A stretch of 64,000 nt of DNA from Acanthaster planci (taxonomy: Eukaryota). The notes beneath the pieces were generated by a model. The model searched no databases. It was given only the letters and a program-made list of their open reading frames with translations, and was not told the origin of the DNA. The stretch's first letter is position 1, and every line of letters begins with the position of its first letter. Position numbers and translations under genes: made by a program. The stretch spans positions 1,178,789 to 1,242,788 of the forward strand of contig NW_019091356.1 in NCBI RefSeq assembly GCF_001949145.1, read 5' to 3'. Shown in pieces: positions 32,401-45,900 of the stretch.

Positions 32401-35400
32401 GAAAAAATCAGTATAAAATTCAGACTGTTGAGATTTCTCCCTTTTACAGCTGTAAAGGAGGTTTAAAATCATTATAACATGTAAATAAATCTGTGCTTCA
32501 TATATCAATCATAAAAATCCTACAGAGCATATTAGACATCCCTCTAAAGACAGATTAGACCCACGCTCACTTTTCTCCATCCACCTATTGTGAAGGGCTG
32601 TTGAGGGCGTTATACATATACTTGGAAATAATTTCGTGCCTTTTTAATCTCCTAGGAATGACGCACATACCGGAAAGAACAGATACAATGTATTTTACCA
32701 TAGAATAGCACCCTTGCCAGCCTAAAGCTAACAACTTTGTCTTCTTGATCGGCGAGAGACAAGTAAACAAACAAACGAAGAAACAAACATCTACTCTGGG
32801 AAACCTTTGAGTCCACCCATCTTTGACAATGAGTTTTGCGGTGGCCATTTTGAAGCTATATCGTAAAAATACGACGAAACAATACCTCTAATTGTGGGTG
32901 ACGGAATAGACCTCCGTGCTCTGTCAACATGGCGGCCGGGTCGATGTCAAACACTGCAACACAATTCTGTCAGAGTCGGCAGCATAATCGAGATATTCCC
33001 GGCGAAGTGAAGAGCTGCACTGCGTTGGCCTGCACTCTTGGTGAACCCACTTAGTGTTTGCCTTCGATTATCAAATTATTGACAGCGAATCTGACAGCTA
33101 TCAGATGTGTTTATAGTATACGTGGCGCGGCTTCTGTTTCCAAAGACTTCCTATGTACGGTCGGGGCTTGCTTTCAGCAGTTTGGGACCGTCGTACGGCT
33201 CCTTTCTGGCACAAAAGTGACCACATTCACGATTCCATGGTAGACCGTCTACCAGCCATGCCACCACAAGGAGTGCGCAAAATGGTGGCTTAATTCTTTT
33301 GAATTATGGCACCCGGAGGAATTTCGGGTCAGTCTGTTGTAAATAGACATCATTTTGTTTCAGGCAGAAATTGAATAACTTTCCTAGACCAAGAAGATCC
33401 CGATCTGGCCTACTCGTGCAAAATTGGAAACAGCTGAGTGAAAATGTATACGTGAGTGAATTTCGCCCATATTAAAGGCGCGCTACAAATGCATGAGTTC
33501 TAATGCAAAAATCACAAAGACGTACATGTAGATGAAAGCTTCTGTTTCATATCCAAGTATCGAATTATAAATGGATTTGGGTAAAATATGGAATCAGCAT
33601 TGAAACTCTTCTGAAGTTGCGGCGCAATGCAATTGAAAAGAAGAAAAAGCACCTTCAGGCTTGGAATAATCTTGGGGCGGTATTTAACTGTGAAAGCTTT
33701 CGTATTTAACGATGTTACCGGACGTGAAAATTCGTCCACTACATTGCATGAGCAGAAACGTGCCCAAACTTGGTATTGAGGCTCCCTGAGTAAAGCACTA
33801 AGAGCAAAGCAGCGCGTCCGACATGGTGAGCCCCTACCAGAGACCGTCCCGTGAAGCCGGACCAAGGAACCCGCCGGGCGCCCGGTGATGTCGGCTCTCG
33901 GCGCAGCTGGTCGTGCACCTTGACTTAAATTCCAACGCTGATGCCTCCCAATTTAATCCCGTGGGATGTCGAGCAAATAATGACTTAGTTCACGCGGTGT
34001 TGGCTGATGCTCTGGTGCCGTCGTGTGACAGCTGCTGAGGGCATTTCGCTCTGGCCCTCATCCAGATTATTTAATGTTGATGTACTATAAATCGGCGACA
34101 CAGCTCTAGCCATCTGAGATGCGACATTAAAGGCAACTTAAGGTCGTCCGCAGAGCAACTTTAATACAAGTCCCTCCAAAATTAAAGAATATATAGGTGA
34201 AAGAATTGCACTTTTGTTTTCATGAACACCTTAAAGAAAATAAACTGAGCATGAACTAAGAAGAAGAAATCAAGTGGTAATTCCTATTTCGAAAGCCTAA
34301 AAAAAAAAAACGAAAGAGAAGCCACGATAACAGTGTAGCGTAAAATCGTTGCACAGAAATCTGGGGTAAACTCACTTAAATGTGTGAGAAATCAATAACT
34401 GCCATCTTCATGTCGACCTGTGGGATTCGAACAGCGCATCACAAAAGATGGAAGGCAGAGAAAGTTGCACTGTGCCAACCTAGCTACCAGGAGAAGCTAC
34501 TTTAAAGTTTACGGGCATTGCCGACAGGTATTCTGAATTAAAACGAATCCAAAAACGTAGATATTGTTCATTTATCGCCGAGATCAACTGAAGAAGATTT
34601 GGACGGCTTGAACATTTTCAGGAATTCATTTCTGCTGTAAGGGACAGTAAATCTGGACCAAGTTACTGATGAACGGAACAGGAAGAAGTGTCATTCTTTA
34701 GCATTGGTACTTATTATTTGCGTTTGACGGGACATCCGAATAACCAGTCACTTTGTTGGTTACTATTATTAATGCAGACCGGACACAGAGACATTGTTTC
34801 CATCTTCTTCAAATACCAACCGAACACACAATTTCCTTCGATATCTCAGGGGTTAAGTGAGGTTGCTTCCTGGCCACATCACTGGAGTTTTGTGAGTTCA
34901 GCAAATCAGGAAGGTAGTTCTCTGTTTGCCTTCAAGCCGTGTTTTGCCCGCTGTGTGTCGTCCCCTGTGTAGAGTCGAGTATGTAACGGATTCGAGGTGT
35001 CCGTATCCGTGACAATGCCGATAAAATTGACCCGTACCCACGGGATCAGAGTCGCCCTGGGGGCAATGAAAGAGGATTTGGCGGTCAGCATCGGGCAACG
35101 AGAACTGTCTGTAATGTCGTTGTGTCTGGCAACTGTACATGTACTTCAGTTAGTTTTTGTCATGCATGGTGTGTCGCATTTGGAAAGCGTCAGGCTTTGA
35201 CCTACAACAGAAGAATTTTTTTCTGTGAATGGAAACGAAGCCCCTTGCTGACAAGCCTGTCGTGACTGAAAGAAATATCATAGTTGTTGGCGGACCTTTC
35301 ATAACTTTGCGTTGTTTACTCAAGTGTTTCCAAAATTTCTCCATTGCTTTGATTTCCGTTTCATTTTTATTTTTCACACGCGTCAAATTACTCACATTTT

Positions 35401-37790
35401 AAGCATGATCTCTGTCAAAGTCGGGTTTGAAGGACGGCGTGCTCTGTTAACAACTCCAGCACCTGTGACGTTTGTCTGACTGCGGGCGGTCAACATTGAA
35501 CCTAACACTAACTGGTGGTCGGAATGTCCCGCATGAGCTACCGTCGATTCCTGCTGTTCATCAATTTAATGAAAAAGAGAGAGCGGTGTTTGATGAGGCA
35601 TCAAATGTGAGAATCAGCGCAAGTGTTCGGCAGATAGGAAGCTAATACTTTCGTGGAATGGAGTCTTGGGTAGATTGCCAACAAATCCATGGTGTGGTGT
35701 GGCGTGTCAATCAGACGGCAGTTCAATGCCGTGAGAAGCTAGGTGACTACATGCCGCGACGACATGTTAAAGTCAGGCAAGGCGAGACTCCCCTGCCAAG
35801 TACAGTCGCCGTTTGCATCCGGAGGGCGAACTGCGCCTCGAGGTGACATCAGTTAGTTGGATGTGACGGGCCGTGCAACATGTAGTCTCCAGACCACGGC
35901 TTCGCAAGTTTTAAAAAGAAGGTGATTCATTAACGAAAAAAGAAGTCAGTCTTTGGCACTGCGACCTGGACCTCGAGACATCAAGATCACGTCGCGACTC
36001 TCTTTGGAAAACAAAAACAAACAACAACAACAACAACAAACACTTCAGGGGGAAGTGATAAATTAGATTGGGAATTATCTGCGATCTTGAGGGGCAAATT
36101 TTGAGGTCATGAACGTTCTCTGAGAAATGGGAGCTTTTTGAATTTACGATTAAAAAACAAGGCTGTTTATCATGAAACTAAGTATTACGGTGTGCTGCAT
36201 GCTGAAGATATAAACAGTGTGGGTGTGTGTGGGGGGACTAGTTCTGTCGTCAACGAAAGGCCACGGTCACATGAGAATTTTCAATGGGTCCAATCAATTC
36301 CCTCCTTTCCCTTTTTTTTCTAGATATGTCAGGAATTCGGAAAAATTGAAATGCCCGGGACACGAGAGAACACCGTGATGCTCTTAGCAGATGTCCATAT
36401 CCAGTGGAATTCGATAGTTAAGAGAGCCCCAAATTTCAAGGCTGAAAGCCAAACTTATACCAGAGAAAGGAAGTTCCCAAGGAACCTCACCGGGACAGAC
36501 AGAACGCCAACAGCCGGTCTGCCCCACAGAAGAAAGAAAGCTGTTGTCCGAATTTGACATCTTGATTACTTTCCGGTGACTGTCTTATAATGAATGCAAA
36601 GTTCGGTTCCCTTTTATAAAACAGGCCGAAACAGGTGTTACCAAAGTCAACTAAACGGGCAATGGGCAATTTTGCCTACACTTGTGCTGCACGTTGGTCC
36701 AAAATGATCAACCGCCTAACGTATGAGTGAAATCTCCCCCCCCCCAAATGGTAAAATTCAACCATCGATCGAGGTGACCTCGTCGGGTAAAAGGACACTG
36801 TCAGATATGATCTTGTCGTGACAACTAATTTTTACATTCACTCAAGAGAAAAAGAGAGAAAGGTGTCTCCAACTCCCTGTGGCAAATGATGACCCAGAAT
36901 TCTTACACATTCCCAACTACAGGAGACAGAACATACATGTACATTAGGGCATTTCCATACCTGAGAGGGCCTTGGAACATTACCTGAAGCCCCAAGAGCT
37001 GATATTCCCGGTGCTGGTGATGGCACAGTGCTCATTTTACACAAAATAGCTTAATCGGCTAACTCACTACTCAGTCCCCCTAAAGACTCTGGAGTCACGC
37101 CCACCTTCCTCAAATCAAATGAAATGTCTTCCCATGACTCAGTATTCCCGACAAATGTAAGTGGTTCTCATTTTGTTGATAGTATTTCAGGTATAAACAA
37201 TAACTTTACAACTTTCAAACAGGTGACAGGAAAAAATAAAGTCAGGTGAAATTGTTTTATCTGTACTCACCAACAACTCTATGCACCTTTTTCTCTTGTT
37301 CGTCGTCAAATTCCACGGCCGCTCCGAAGATGTCATCGTACCTTGCAATCAATCTCATACCGTCTGTCTCTCGCCCGCTCGTCATGGGGACAGCGGTCAA
37401 AAACATGATGTACTTCTCGTTGGGCTGCACCTCGGCACGGCATCTGTCCCGTGACCCGAAGCCCTCGATCAGGTACACCTTCGCGGGCCCGTCTGCCTCC
37501 TCGCCAGTCAGAGAGGAGACTTTATGGAAGTACGGGTAGCCCTTGTAGACCTCGTTGACGGCGACCTCGGCCGAGTAGACACCGCTGCCGCCGGGCGGTG
37601 TCAGGGCGTGGTCCCGCAGTCTCAGCACCGTGCCGGAGATCACCACCGGGGCTAGGACGGTGCGGTTCTCGAGCGATTTGGGTCTCCAGTCTCCGTTCAT
37701 CATGACGCAAGCCTCAACTGGGATGACACGGAGAGTGCAAATCGTGCACACAATCCAAGCAATAAATACAGTCCCAAGTGCCCAAATCAT
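17458..37790 (-). CDS. Secreted mosaic extracellular protein (~1106 aa): SP-NtA-TSP1-TSPN/LamG-Thr/Pro-rich mucin-TSP1-TSP1-6xEGF-linker-EMI-like
   Basis: 16 GT-AG exons in continuous phase, 3321 nt total: 37271-37790 (SP+NtA), 28652-28801 (TSP1 [17 protein letters not shown]), 26876-27417 and 26564-26638 ([15 protein letters not shown]...KWNVLAFSV), 25388-26237 (mucin), 24345-24500 and 22842-23006 (TSP1 WSxCSRTCG), EGFs 22586-22681, 21966-22058, 21556-21651, 21173-21268, 20667-20762, 19641-19736 (CxNGGxC), 18861-18948 (linker), 18076-18201 and 17458-17533 (EMI-like, stop TGA). Confidence 0.85.
17809..17980. mobile_element. Palindromic MITE family A (other copies 18417-18521, 20219-20386; fragments ~21350-21372, 23085-23123)
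   Basis: Long TIRs TACGGGCGATTCACAATAGTGCGCCTCC...GGAGGCGCACTATTGTGAATCG(t)ACGTA; the element is nearly a full hairpin and recurs several times in this gene's introns. Confidence 0.85.
18572..18730 (-). mobile_element. tRNA-derived SINE, partial copy (same family as 56558-56849; further fragment ~34370-34480)
   Basis: Clear similarity to 56690-56849 (ggtgggagg..aaccc, cagaggtggaaggc, tgactcccc) with a B-box-like motif. Confidence 0.75.
19310..19490. mobile_element. hAT-like MITE (181 bp) with 8-bp TSD
   Basis: TIRs CACCGGCGGCGGA...TCCGCCGCCAGTG; perfect GATAGAGC duplication at 19302-19309 and 19491-19498. Second copy at 57476-57650. Confidence 0.9.
20093..20211. mobile_element. 119-bp MITE family B, 3-bp TSD (PIF/Harbinger-like); copies at 21417-21535 and inverted at ~45067-45195
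   Basis: GGCTGCATCCGAA...TTCGGACATGGCC; TSD AAT/AAT here and ATA/ATA for the 21417 copy; near-identical interiors. Confidence 0.85.
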
Positions 37791-38079
37791 CTCCGTTTAA
37801 TGTGCTCAGCCTTGGTTTTCTAAATATCAATTTATTCCCTAAAATTTACACAGAATATTATCCAATCAATCCAGAAAATAGGCAGTTTTAATTCTCGCGT
37901 GCGACATCTGATGGTGATTGAATCAAACTATACTTTCATGATTCGATTTGAAAGAACCCTCGTGACAAGATACATCTCCACCATCCCCGAGACGCCACAG
38001 AATTGTCGCTACGCACGGCTGGCGTTCGCCTGGTCGGGCACAGCTAGAGAAGTCTGCTCCCTCCAAGAATCGGCAATTA

Positions 38080-38090
38080 GTTTTATACAG
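38080..38090 (-). promoter_or_regulatory. Candidate TATA box of the NtA/TSP1/EGF gene
   Basis: GTATAAAA on the minus strand about 290 nt upstream of the ATG at 37790, next to a GC-rich upstream region. Confidence 0.4.
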
Positions 38091-39933
38091 ATGCAGAGCA
38101 GAGTAGCGAGGAAACCTCCACCGGAAGAAATGACAAGGCAACGGCTGCAGGATTTACTCCGCAAGCCTGGGACTTGTACAACGCAGGCAAAGGATTAAAA
38201 CTCGGTCGCCTGTGAAGCTGTGAAGCTGCAGGACACAAGGGCTGGTATCTGTTAGTGCGTGCACGCCAGCGTGCAGTGTATACCATTTCTTTTCCACGCC
38301 GATTTCTTCCAAGTGCAGCTCTGACACGTCAAGTCTACACGTTCGCGGATGGATTAGCGCAACGCTAGTTCTTATTCATAATGTCCTCCCGAAGAAACCT
38401 GACGTCACGTCACGACAGCAGCATCGCCCGTGTCACTGCGTACATGCACTTCCCGCCCACACGACCAGGTTTTGACTCCCAGAAAAAAACACACATGCAC
38501 CCCCCCATAACACACCAGTCCCCAAAACAACCCCTCGCACGCGGGGGGGGGCGTGTTTCGTAAGTCAATCCCCTCACACAATATCCTTAAGCTGAACAAT
38601 ATTTGAAAGCTTTTAGCCTGAGATATGTCAATCCCGTAAGGGCAAGAGAGCATCTTTTTGTCCCCTCATTGCAAAGGCGACACAGAGGTGTGAAAAAACA
38701 GGGAGTGAAGCTGTAACCACAGAGGAAGGACGGCGTACATGCACGCAGGATACTGAGTGGAAAGCCCCATTTATTACCGAGGACGAGTTCCAGACAGCTA
38801 CGAACCTCAAGCCGCGCGCTCAGCGATGAACTTTGACCCTTTTCTATTACTTTCTGTATATCGCTAAAAATCACAAAACTGGGTAGTATTACACATAGTT
38901 TACAACCCTCTGGCCGAGGGGAGGCGGGTTCATGGAGAAGTGTTTAGTATGAAGGTTCAAGGAACTGAAGTGCCATAAACTTGTTCGGGCCCCTTTCAAC
39001 AAACTACATTATAATGTAAACTTGGTTTTCATTTGAATAGGCCCAGGCCTGATAGTACCAATGTAAAAAGCTTCAAAACTACATGAATTTTCTACAGTCA
39101 TGATTTTTATTAGTATCAGTACATAATCATCCTGGAAAATTCAACATTGCCCCCCCCCACAAATATCCAAGTTCGTCATTTTGACATCCAAAATGCGAAA
39201 AATGCTGAATTAAACACTGCGGCCGCAGACCTATTTCTGCAATGAGAATAGCTCGTCATCGAAGTGCTAAGAAAAAGTGTCATGAATCACTGTGGAGTTG
39301 TTAAACATAACACAAGCCCCTGTACATTCGCATGTGACACGGTCTATGGTCACCTGTCAATGTCATCATCATTGGATCCATCTTACACTAACGATTACCT
39401 TGACTTGCTCCCCCATCAGCTTAACGATCCTGACAATGTAAGTTAAGTTGTATCACGCCTTTCCAATCATGCGTTGCTGTAATGCCTTTTTTCAGGTGAC
39501 AGATCGGTATTTCCTCGGAATAGGTTCAGTTTGAGGTTGTGTGCTACAACATTTGCCCACGTCTTGTTGTTCCGGAAGGAGCGACTGCGTAATGTCAGGT
39601 AATGAAACGATAAACAGCTGATACGAATGCTGGCTATATACGGAGACCTTTGACCCCTGTGTAATCTGAAGGGCATCTTCCCAGCTGAAGCCAGCGGGAT
39701 TCCTGGTTGCCACGGGGACCTCTTGTAACCATGGTTTCTAAAACCAATCCTGTCCAATCTAGAGGTTTATTGACATGATAAACTTTATGTTGTACTATTT
39801 ATTCTCATTTGTTGATAAATTACATGGTTAAGCCTATTAAGAAAAATAATAAACGCTTTTGTATTGGCCCACGCTTATGAATCAGCGCGGTTTTCTTATT
39901 TGAAACAAAATCAAAGTTCTCACTCCCCATTTG

Positions 39934-42900
39934 TCAAACAAGTGTTGCTATAACATCAACTGCCGTCCCTTTGTTAGGAAAGTGATCATTCATTCTTGTT
40001 CCCAATTCCACCACATGTTGTTTTAAACCTTCTTCTAGGAATTCTCTCTCCAGTTCTGGGGATGACGCTGGAAGAAGTAGGAGCCTGTGTAGAAGGAAAA
40101 AGTAAGACCAATACGGTGTAATGAGTCGTCGATTATAATTTGATTGAAATTATATTAAAGAATGATCAGCTGAAAAAGAGAAAGTTTATGTTCACATCCT
40201 TTGATTTTCCAAATTAGATTTCCTGCGATAACTTGATTTTAAGATAAATCTGCATCAGACTTTTGACACGCAATACTTGACTAAATAGATTGACTTCTTC
40301 CGGTATTCTACGAGTTTTTCCCACAAACGGCACCAAAATCCTAATATTAAGGAAACATTGTTGAAATTTCACATTTAGCTTCCACGCTGCTTTGGTTTTC
40401 CTTCCTACATGGTTTAATGCATGGTTTGACTGATAAATGTGTTGCCACTTGAACGGCCGTTTATTTTTTCAGCATAAGAAGTATTTTTTTTCGGCGACCG
40501 ACCACCCACATTCTAAAAAACCATGGAGGTCTAAACTGCTTATTCACATACACATTGCACTGGCGAGAACAGCCAGCGCCGTCAAGATGACGTCAGCAAT
40601 CCTTGGTAGCGCCACCACCGTCAGAAACCCAAGCAGACCACCCGTTGTAACCACTGAGACGAGCAGACCAAGCCCCGTGGCCCTGGGTGGCGGGGTGGGG
40701 GTTGGGGAAAGGACGAAACAAATCAAAGAGCATTACATCGCGCCGGTATAAAATTTTTTTTATGCATTTTAAAGATTTGCTCGTTTAGCCTCGGGAAAGC
40801 TTAGGCTACTGTCTGTTGGAGCAGATTTAACAGCAGGTCCTCTACGGTTTGATTGGGACTCACACAAACACCGCTTACTGCCAAGATGAGATTTATATTG
40901 TAAACCCAGCCAAGGACGATAGCCACTGAAGTAACCGACTCATATTCCAACTTGCAATGAGCCTGGAGAGATATGCTTCGTGTATGTCCCACGCACGAAT
41001 GGCGTCGGGCTGAATTTTTTCCTTGTGGCAAGGTTCCTTCAGTTGGAAATAATCCCACTATAGGCCAAGTAGCCATTAAACACATATGCTGGTTGAAGTA
41101 GAGTGGTAACAATAACCACTTGGTCAAAATAATTTGACAAACAAAATGTGACAAGAATTGACCTGATCGTCCTTTCTATAGGACTGAATGAAATAGCACG
41201 AAGACCGTCTTTTTTCAAAGGAATATCGCCCATGTTGAAGAAACTACATCCAGTCTGAATGATAACATTCAGTTTGAAGTGTTGAGACCGTACAAGTGCA
41301 TCATTGGAATATCGCTTTCATTGGAATAAATTTGCATAAATAAACGCCAAGTAATTAATATTCCTTTGCTGAGATCGGAGTCTTTTTGTATTTTGGTTCT
41401 AACACTTCTGAAGGCTTCTGCTTTCTCAAGCAGTCAGACAGACGTGCGCTTCTCTGCCCTTCATTTTGCCATTTTGCTAGCCTGTCATGGTTACCTTTTA
41501 TGGGTTGGGAATGACATCGTGGCCTGGACGGTGAGGGCGCTCCAGGCCGTGAACCCGCCAAACTGGAGAGCGAAGAGATGCGCAGCCGCAGTCCAGCCGG
41601 TCAACGGAAAGAATCCGAAAAGAATAGTCACTGCGGTGACGAGAGCGCCACACACTGGGAATGAGGAACAAGCAAGAGTGGTATGAGACGTGGGCCAATG
41701 TGTGATTCTAGCATCTGGCGTAATTATGGGTTTTGTTTCCCAGTGGTTCTACGCTATAGCCTTGACTTTCATGGTAGGAGGCACAAACGACCAGAATTCC
41801 CTTGAAATGAGCCCATCCATATTTGAATCGGTTATTTTCGACCTCTATTAAGTTTGGCATCGGTCATCGATATATGGGTATAGAGAACATTCGGACCATT
41901 TGATTTCTTTTCTATTAAATAGATATGTCGATGTTGCATGAAAATTAATTCATAAGATTTAAGAAAGGACTCCTCAAAGTAACATAATACAGGAACAAGG
42001 ACACCGGACAATACCGCAGGGTTAAAGACAAGATTTTGAGACTTTAAACAAAAAGGAACGTTTGGTAGCAATAAATGGTACAGGTCTTGCCAAGTATTGT
42101 GGGCAGATTTAGGGTCCAGGTACAAACAGGTTCTTGATGTGCGAGAAGCTTTTAGATGCTAACTTATTTTAACAATAAATTAAAAACAATGCTGATCATT
42201 TCATAAGATAATGACACACAGTAAAGATACTTCTCTAGCGCGTTAAGAATCTGGACGTCATGTGAAATCACGACCATTCCATCGCCCGGAGAAATAAATT
42301 ATGGCCAATTTTACCGATATTATTCCAATCTCGCATTTCAGATAAGAGAATCGCTTTTAATCTGTATTTCAGTCGACTTACTGAATAGCCGCCATTGTTC
42401 AATTACCCTGGTAATGAAAACCGACAGAAGGAGACCAAGTAAGCCTCCACACTGCCCGAACAATATCCGCCAGTACGCAAGGGCAGGGGCGAAGGGCACG
42501 TCCACTGAGCAGCCCCGGTTCCGCACCCCGCCGGCTACCCCGGCCCCCGGCGGCGGTGCCAGGCTGGAGTTCACCGGCTCCGTCCCGCCCACGAACTGGC
42601 GGGGCTGGAAGTCCGTTTTGCCGAACCGCGTGTCCAGGAAGCGACAGTGGGTGAAAAGCGTGGCCTCGCTGACGACTCCCTCAAAGACACAGGCGGTGAA
42701 GGTGCAGCCGGTGTACGACAGGTCTCGGAGGTAGATGTCTCGGAAAGAGACGCTGTCAAATGTTGTGTTGATGAAAGTCTGCCTCTCCAGGGATTCTGTG
42801 AATGTCTCGTGACTGAAAGTAGCATTTCTGATGATGCTTGCGTTATAACTAAGCCCATCCGCGATGATGAAATCAGACATCCAAAGGGTCCAAGCACAAT

Positions 42901-45900
42901 TCCTGAAAGAATAGGGAAATCAAAATTTTGATAAGCTTGCCGCATTGAAACTGTTCAGTTTTCTTGTAACTTGGCTTTGAATTCACGGTCAGATTTAGCC
43001 TATCAGTGCCTATTTGATCATATCCTTTTCACAATAACCAATGAGGTTCCCTCAAGTAGGCCCTGCCTATGTTTGTACTTCCTTCTTAACTCTTCTCTCA
43101 AAAAGATGCTTGGTAAAAGATTAAGTTAATCAAATTATTTTTCCCAAAGAATGCTTGCACGCGACTTATTTGTATGTTAAACCCTTATGCCGCTCATGGT
43201 AAGACTTGCCAATCTTGAACGCCCCGATTCACATATCACTGAATGTCAGTCGGTTCTCGGTTGCGAAAGTGACTCTTCACGCCACGAGCTATGTCGCCAT
43301 ATGATCATCAAGTGGTCGAGGGTAACATGGAGTTCGAACACAAACGAACAGAAGGCGCTTCGTAAGCAGTGAAAAAGTAACGGTCATGTTGTCACAGCAA
43401 TTTCGAACAAAACACCTTGGCATTTTCGAGCAGCAATTCAACCGAGATGAAACATTGACTCGCAGATGTGACACTAACCATACGTAATCAATTGGATTTT
43501 CCGCCATGTCAAAGTGCAATGTTCCCTATGTGCTCGAGTTTCAGCAGTGTTTTTATTCGATAAAGATTTTTCAAATCTAATTTAAAAACTTCATTCTGGG
43601 AGGACACTAACGCTTACTTTGAACATGACGCCAAGTGCTTGCACAAAGCCTCAACGCATTACGAAATTACAAAGTTCTCGACAGTGCGGGTGGGAACGAA
43701 ACAGAACGTGTGAACATGGTGCTCGAAGGCGCCCTCGGATGCTATTAAAGGGAAAGCATATTAGTAAGTGGAGTGCCCTTTGGTGCTATTTCCCGTCTTC
43801 CAAGTTCAGATTGGCTCCATCAAAAAATAATTTCATGAATCTGTGCACATTCTGTCGTTGAATGACTATGAGTAAAATCCTTGCCGGGCTCACGAACCAC
43901 TACCTGGAAGGACAGTGTCTTTTATGGGTGCAGTGTCTCAATTGAAGGAATATTCTCCGCCAGGACGAAGCGCGCAAAAAGTACCCCCGGAGATTGTTTC
44001 GAAAAGAGGGGTCTGTTTGGGCCTAGAAATAGTGGGATTGTGTCAGTATGGCCCAGGATCATCTCTGTAGATTCAGGGGCACCCATCCGGGGGCAAAGTA
44101 GACAAAAATGGGATTGAAAATTAGTCAGAAGAGCCCGAGGAAGGTGAGGGATGTCATTTGGAAAATGGCCGCTGGGAAGACTTGGCAACATTCACTTTTT
44201 GGGGGGTGAGTTTGTTTTGGGCGGATAATTGAATAATTCATTGGTTAACCTACTAAAAATTGAAAATCAAATGAAATTTGAAGGACCAAACAACACATTG
44301 TTTTTTGTTTGAGAGGCCTCAGGGACTTCAGTTGCCTGCCATGGGGCTCCAAACTTGGTTGATTTTACATTATTTTCAATGGAGCTTGAATTAATTCAGA
44401 GCACCCTTATTTGCACTCGTGAGTAGGTTAATAAGAGCGCCCTTTGCCGTTTCCAGGTTGAGTACATACCCGAATGCAAAGCAAAAGGCGCCGGTCGTCA
44501 TGACGAAGGTTGTCTTATCCAAGATGGCCGTTACGTTCTTGGCACACTGTTTGGAGAAATTAAAACAGTGAAATCAGAAATGAAAAACTAATCTGGATAC
44601 CTTTGTTACATTTAATGGGAGGGGGTCGGCAAATCCTTTCCAAAGAAAAATCATCATTAGCACTCCTCAAATTATCAAAAAATACTGTTACAGCTTAAGA
44701 GGTAGCGTCTGTCCAGAGGCAATGTGGCCTGGTTGGCCAGCGTTTATCTCTGGTTTTCTTGGCAAGACACTTCTGAGGATGTTTCTGTCCTCCGATGGGA
44801 TGATAGTTCATCACAGATTATTCGCCAGCTAATGCTGGTATCTAATCCTGGTGAACTCGGAGAGAGGGAAGCACAGGTAAAGTGATTTGCCCAAGGCAAC
44901 AGCGAATGGAAGCAACTAGATTCGAACTGCTGTCCTTCTGTTCATGAGTCACGAGCTCTTACAACTTTAAGGTCACACTCCCCTGCATCCCTACTGCAAA
45001 ACAAGCAAACGGGAGCTCAATCATATCAGTACCCCGTCCTTCGAAGACTTAATTACGTAAGCCTCACGCCGTGTTCGAAACGGATTTCCAGAGCTACGGT
45101 TATACATGCATAGGTCTATTGTCTGCGCGTCTCCACTCATTTCCAGTGAAGTGAAGACCTAGACCTAGCTCTAGATAACAGATTCAGATGCAGCCTAAGT
45201 CTATATAACTTTTCACTCTTTCTTGACATGAATCTTTTGCTATGACAATCTGATTCGTTGCTCTAAGGCCAGTTATTCATCCGTCTTCTGCATTCAGGTT
45301 ACTGAAGAAAGAAGGCGACTCCATAGCAGATAGATAAATATGTGCCAGCGTACCTGATAGAGTGGTCTCATGCAGCTCTGGAGAGTGGTGCTCGGAGCGT
45401 GTTCCTGCCGGTCTCTGCTGTGCCGCTTTAGACGATATAATCCACTAGCCTGAATCGAATTTATATCAAATTATCAAAAATTGCAGTTAAATACTAAGTG
45501 CCCTCCTGCAAATTGAACCTGGATAAGTCTGGGAACTAGTCAAAGACTGCTTCCCATGTGCTAAACTCTCAGCTTTGAAAGTTGATAAAAGGTGAATTAT
45601 CCTTACTCTGTCTTTGAACATTTCAAGTCCTGCTTCACCGTGGTTGAACGTGTAAACCTTCCCCAACGCTTGGATCGCTTTGGCCCACAGCCTTTTCTGC
45701 AAGCAGAAAGATAAAAAGAAGGGAGAAAGTATTGATCAAAAGTAGTAAAGTTGCCAAAACCCCAAAATGTCTCATAACTCTACGATTTACGTGGTGTCTT
45801 ATAAGATTTTACCCCGCTCCATACTTTCTGAAATCTATTTCATTAGGCTAGGCCTTAGATATAAGGTAAAACAACACTGCCGGTTGTAGTTTGAACGTAG

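Noticed and set aside
37271..37790. Agrin ortholog
   Set aside because: An NtA-like domain is present but no follistatin/Kazal, laminin-EGF, SEA or triple LamG exons follow.
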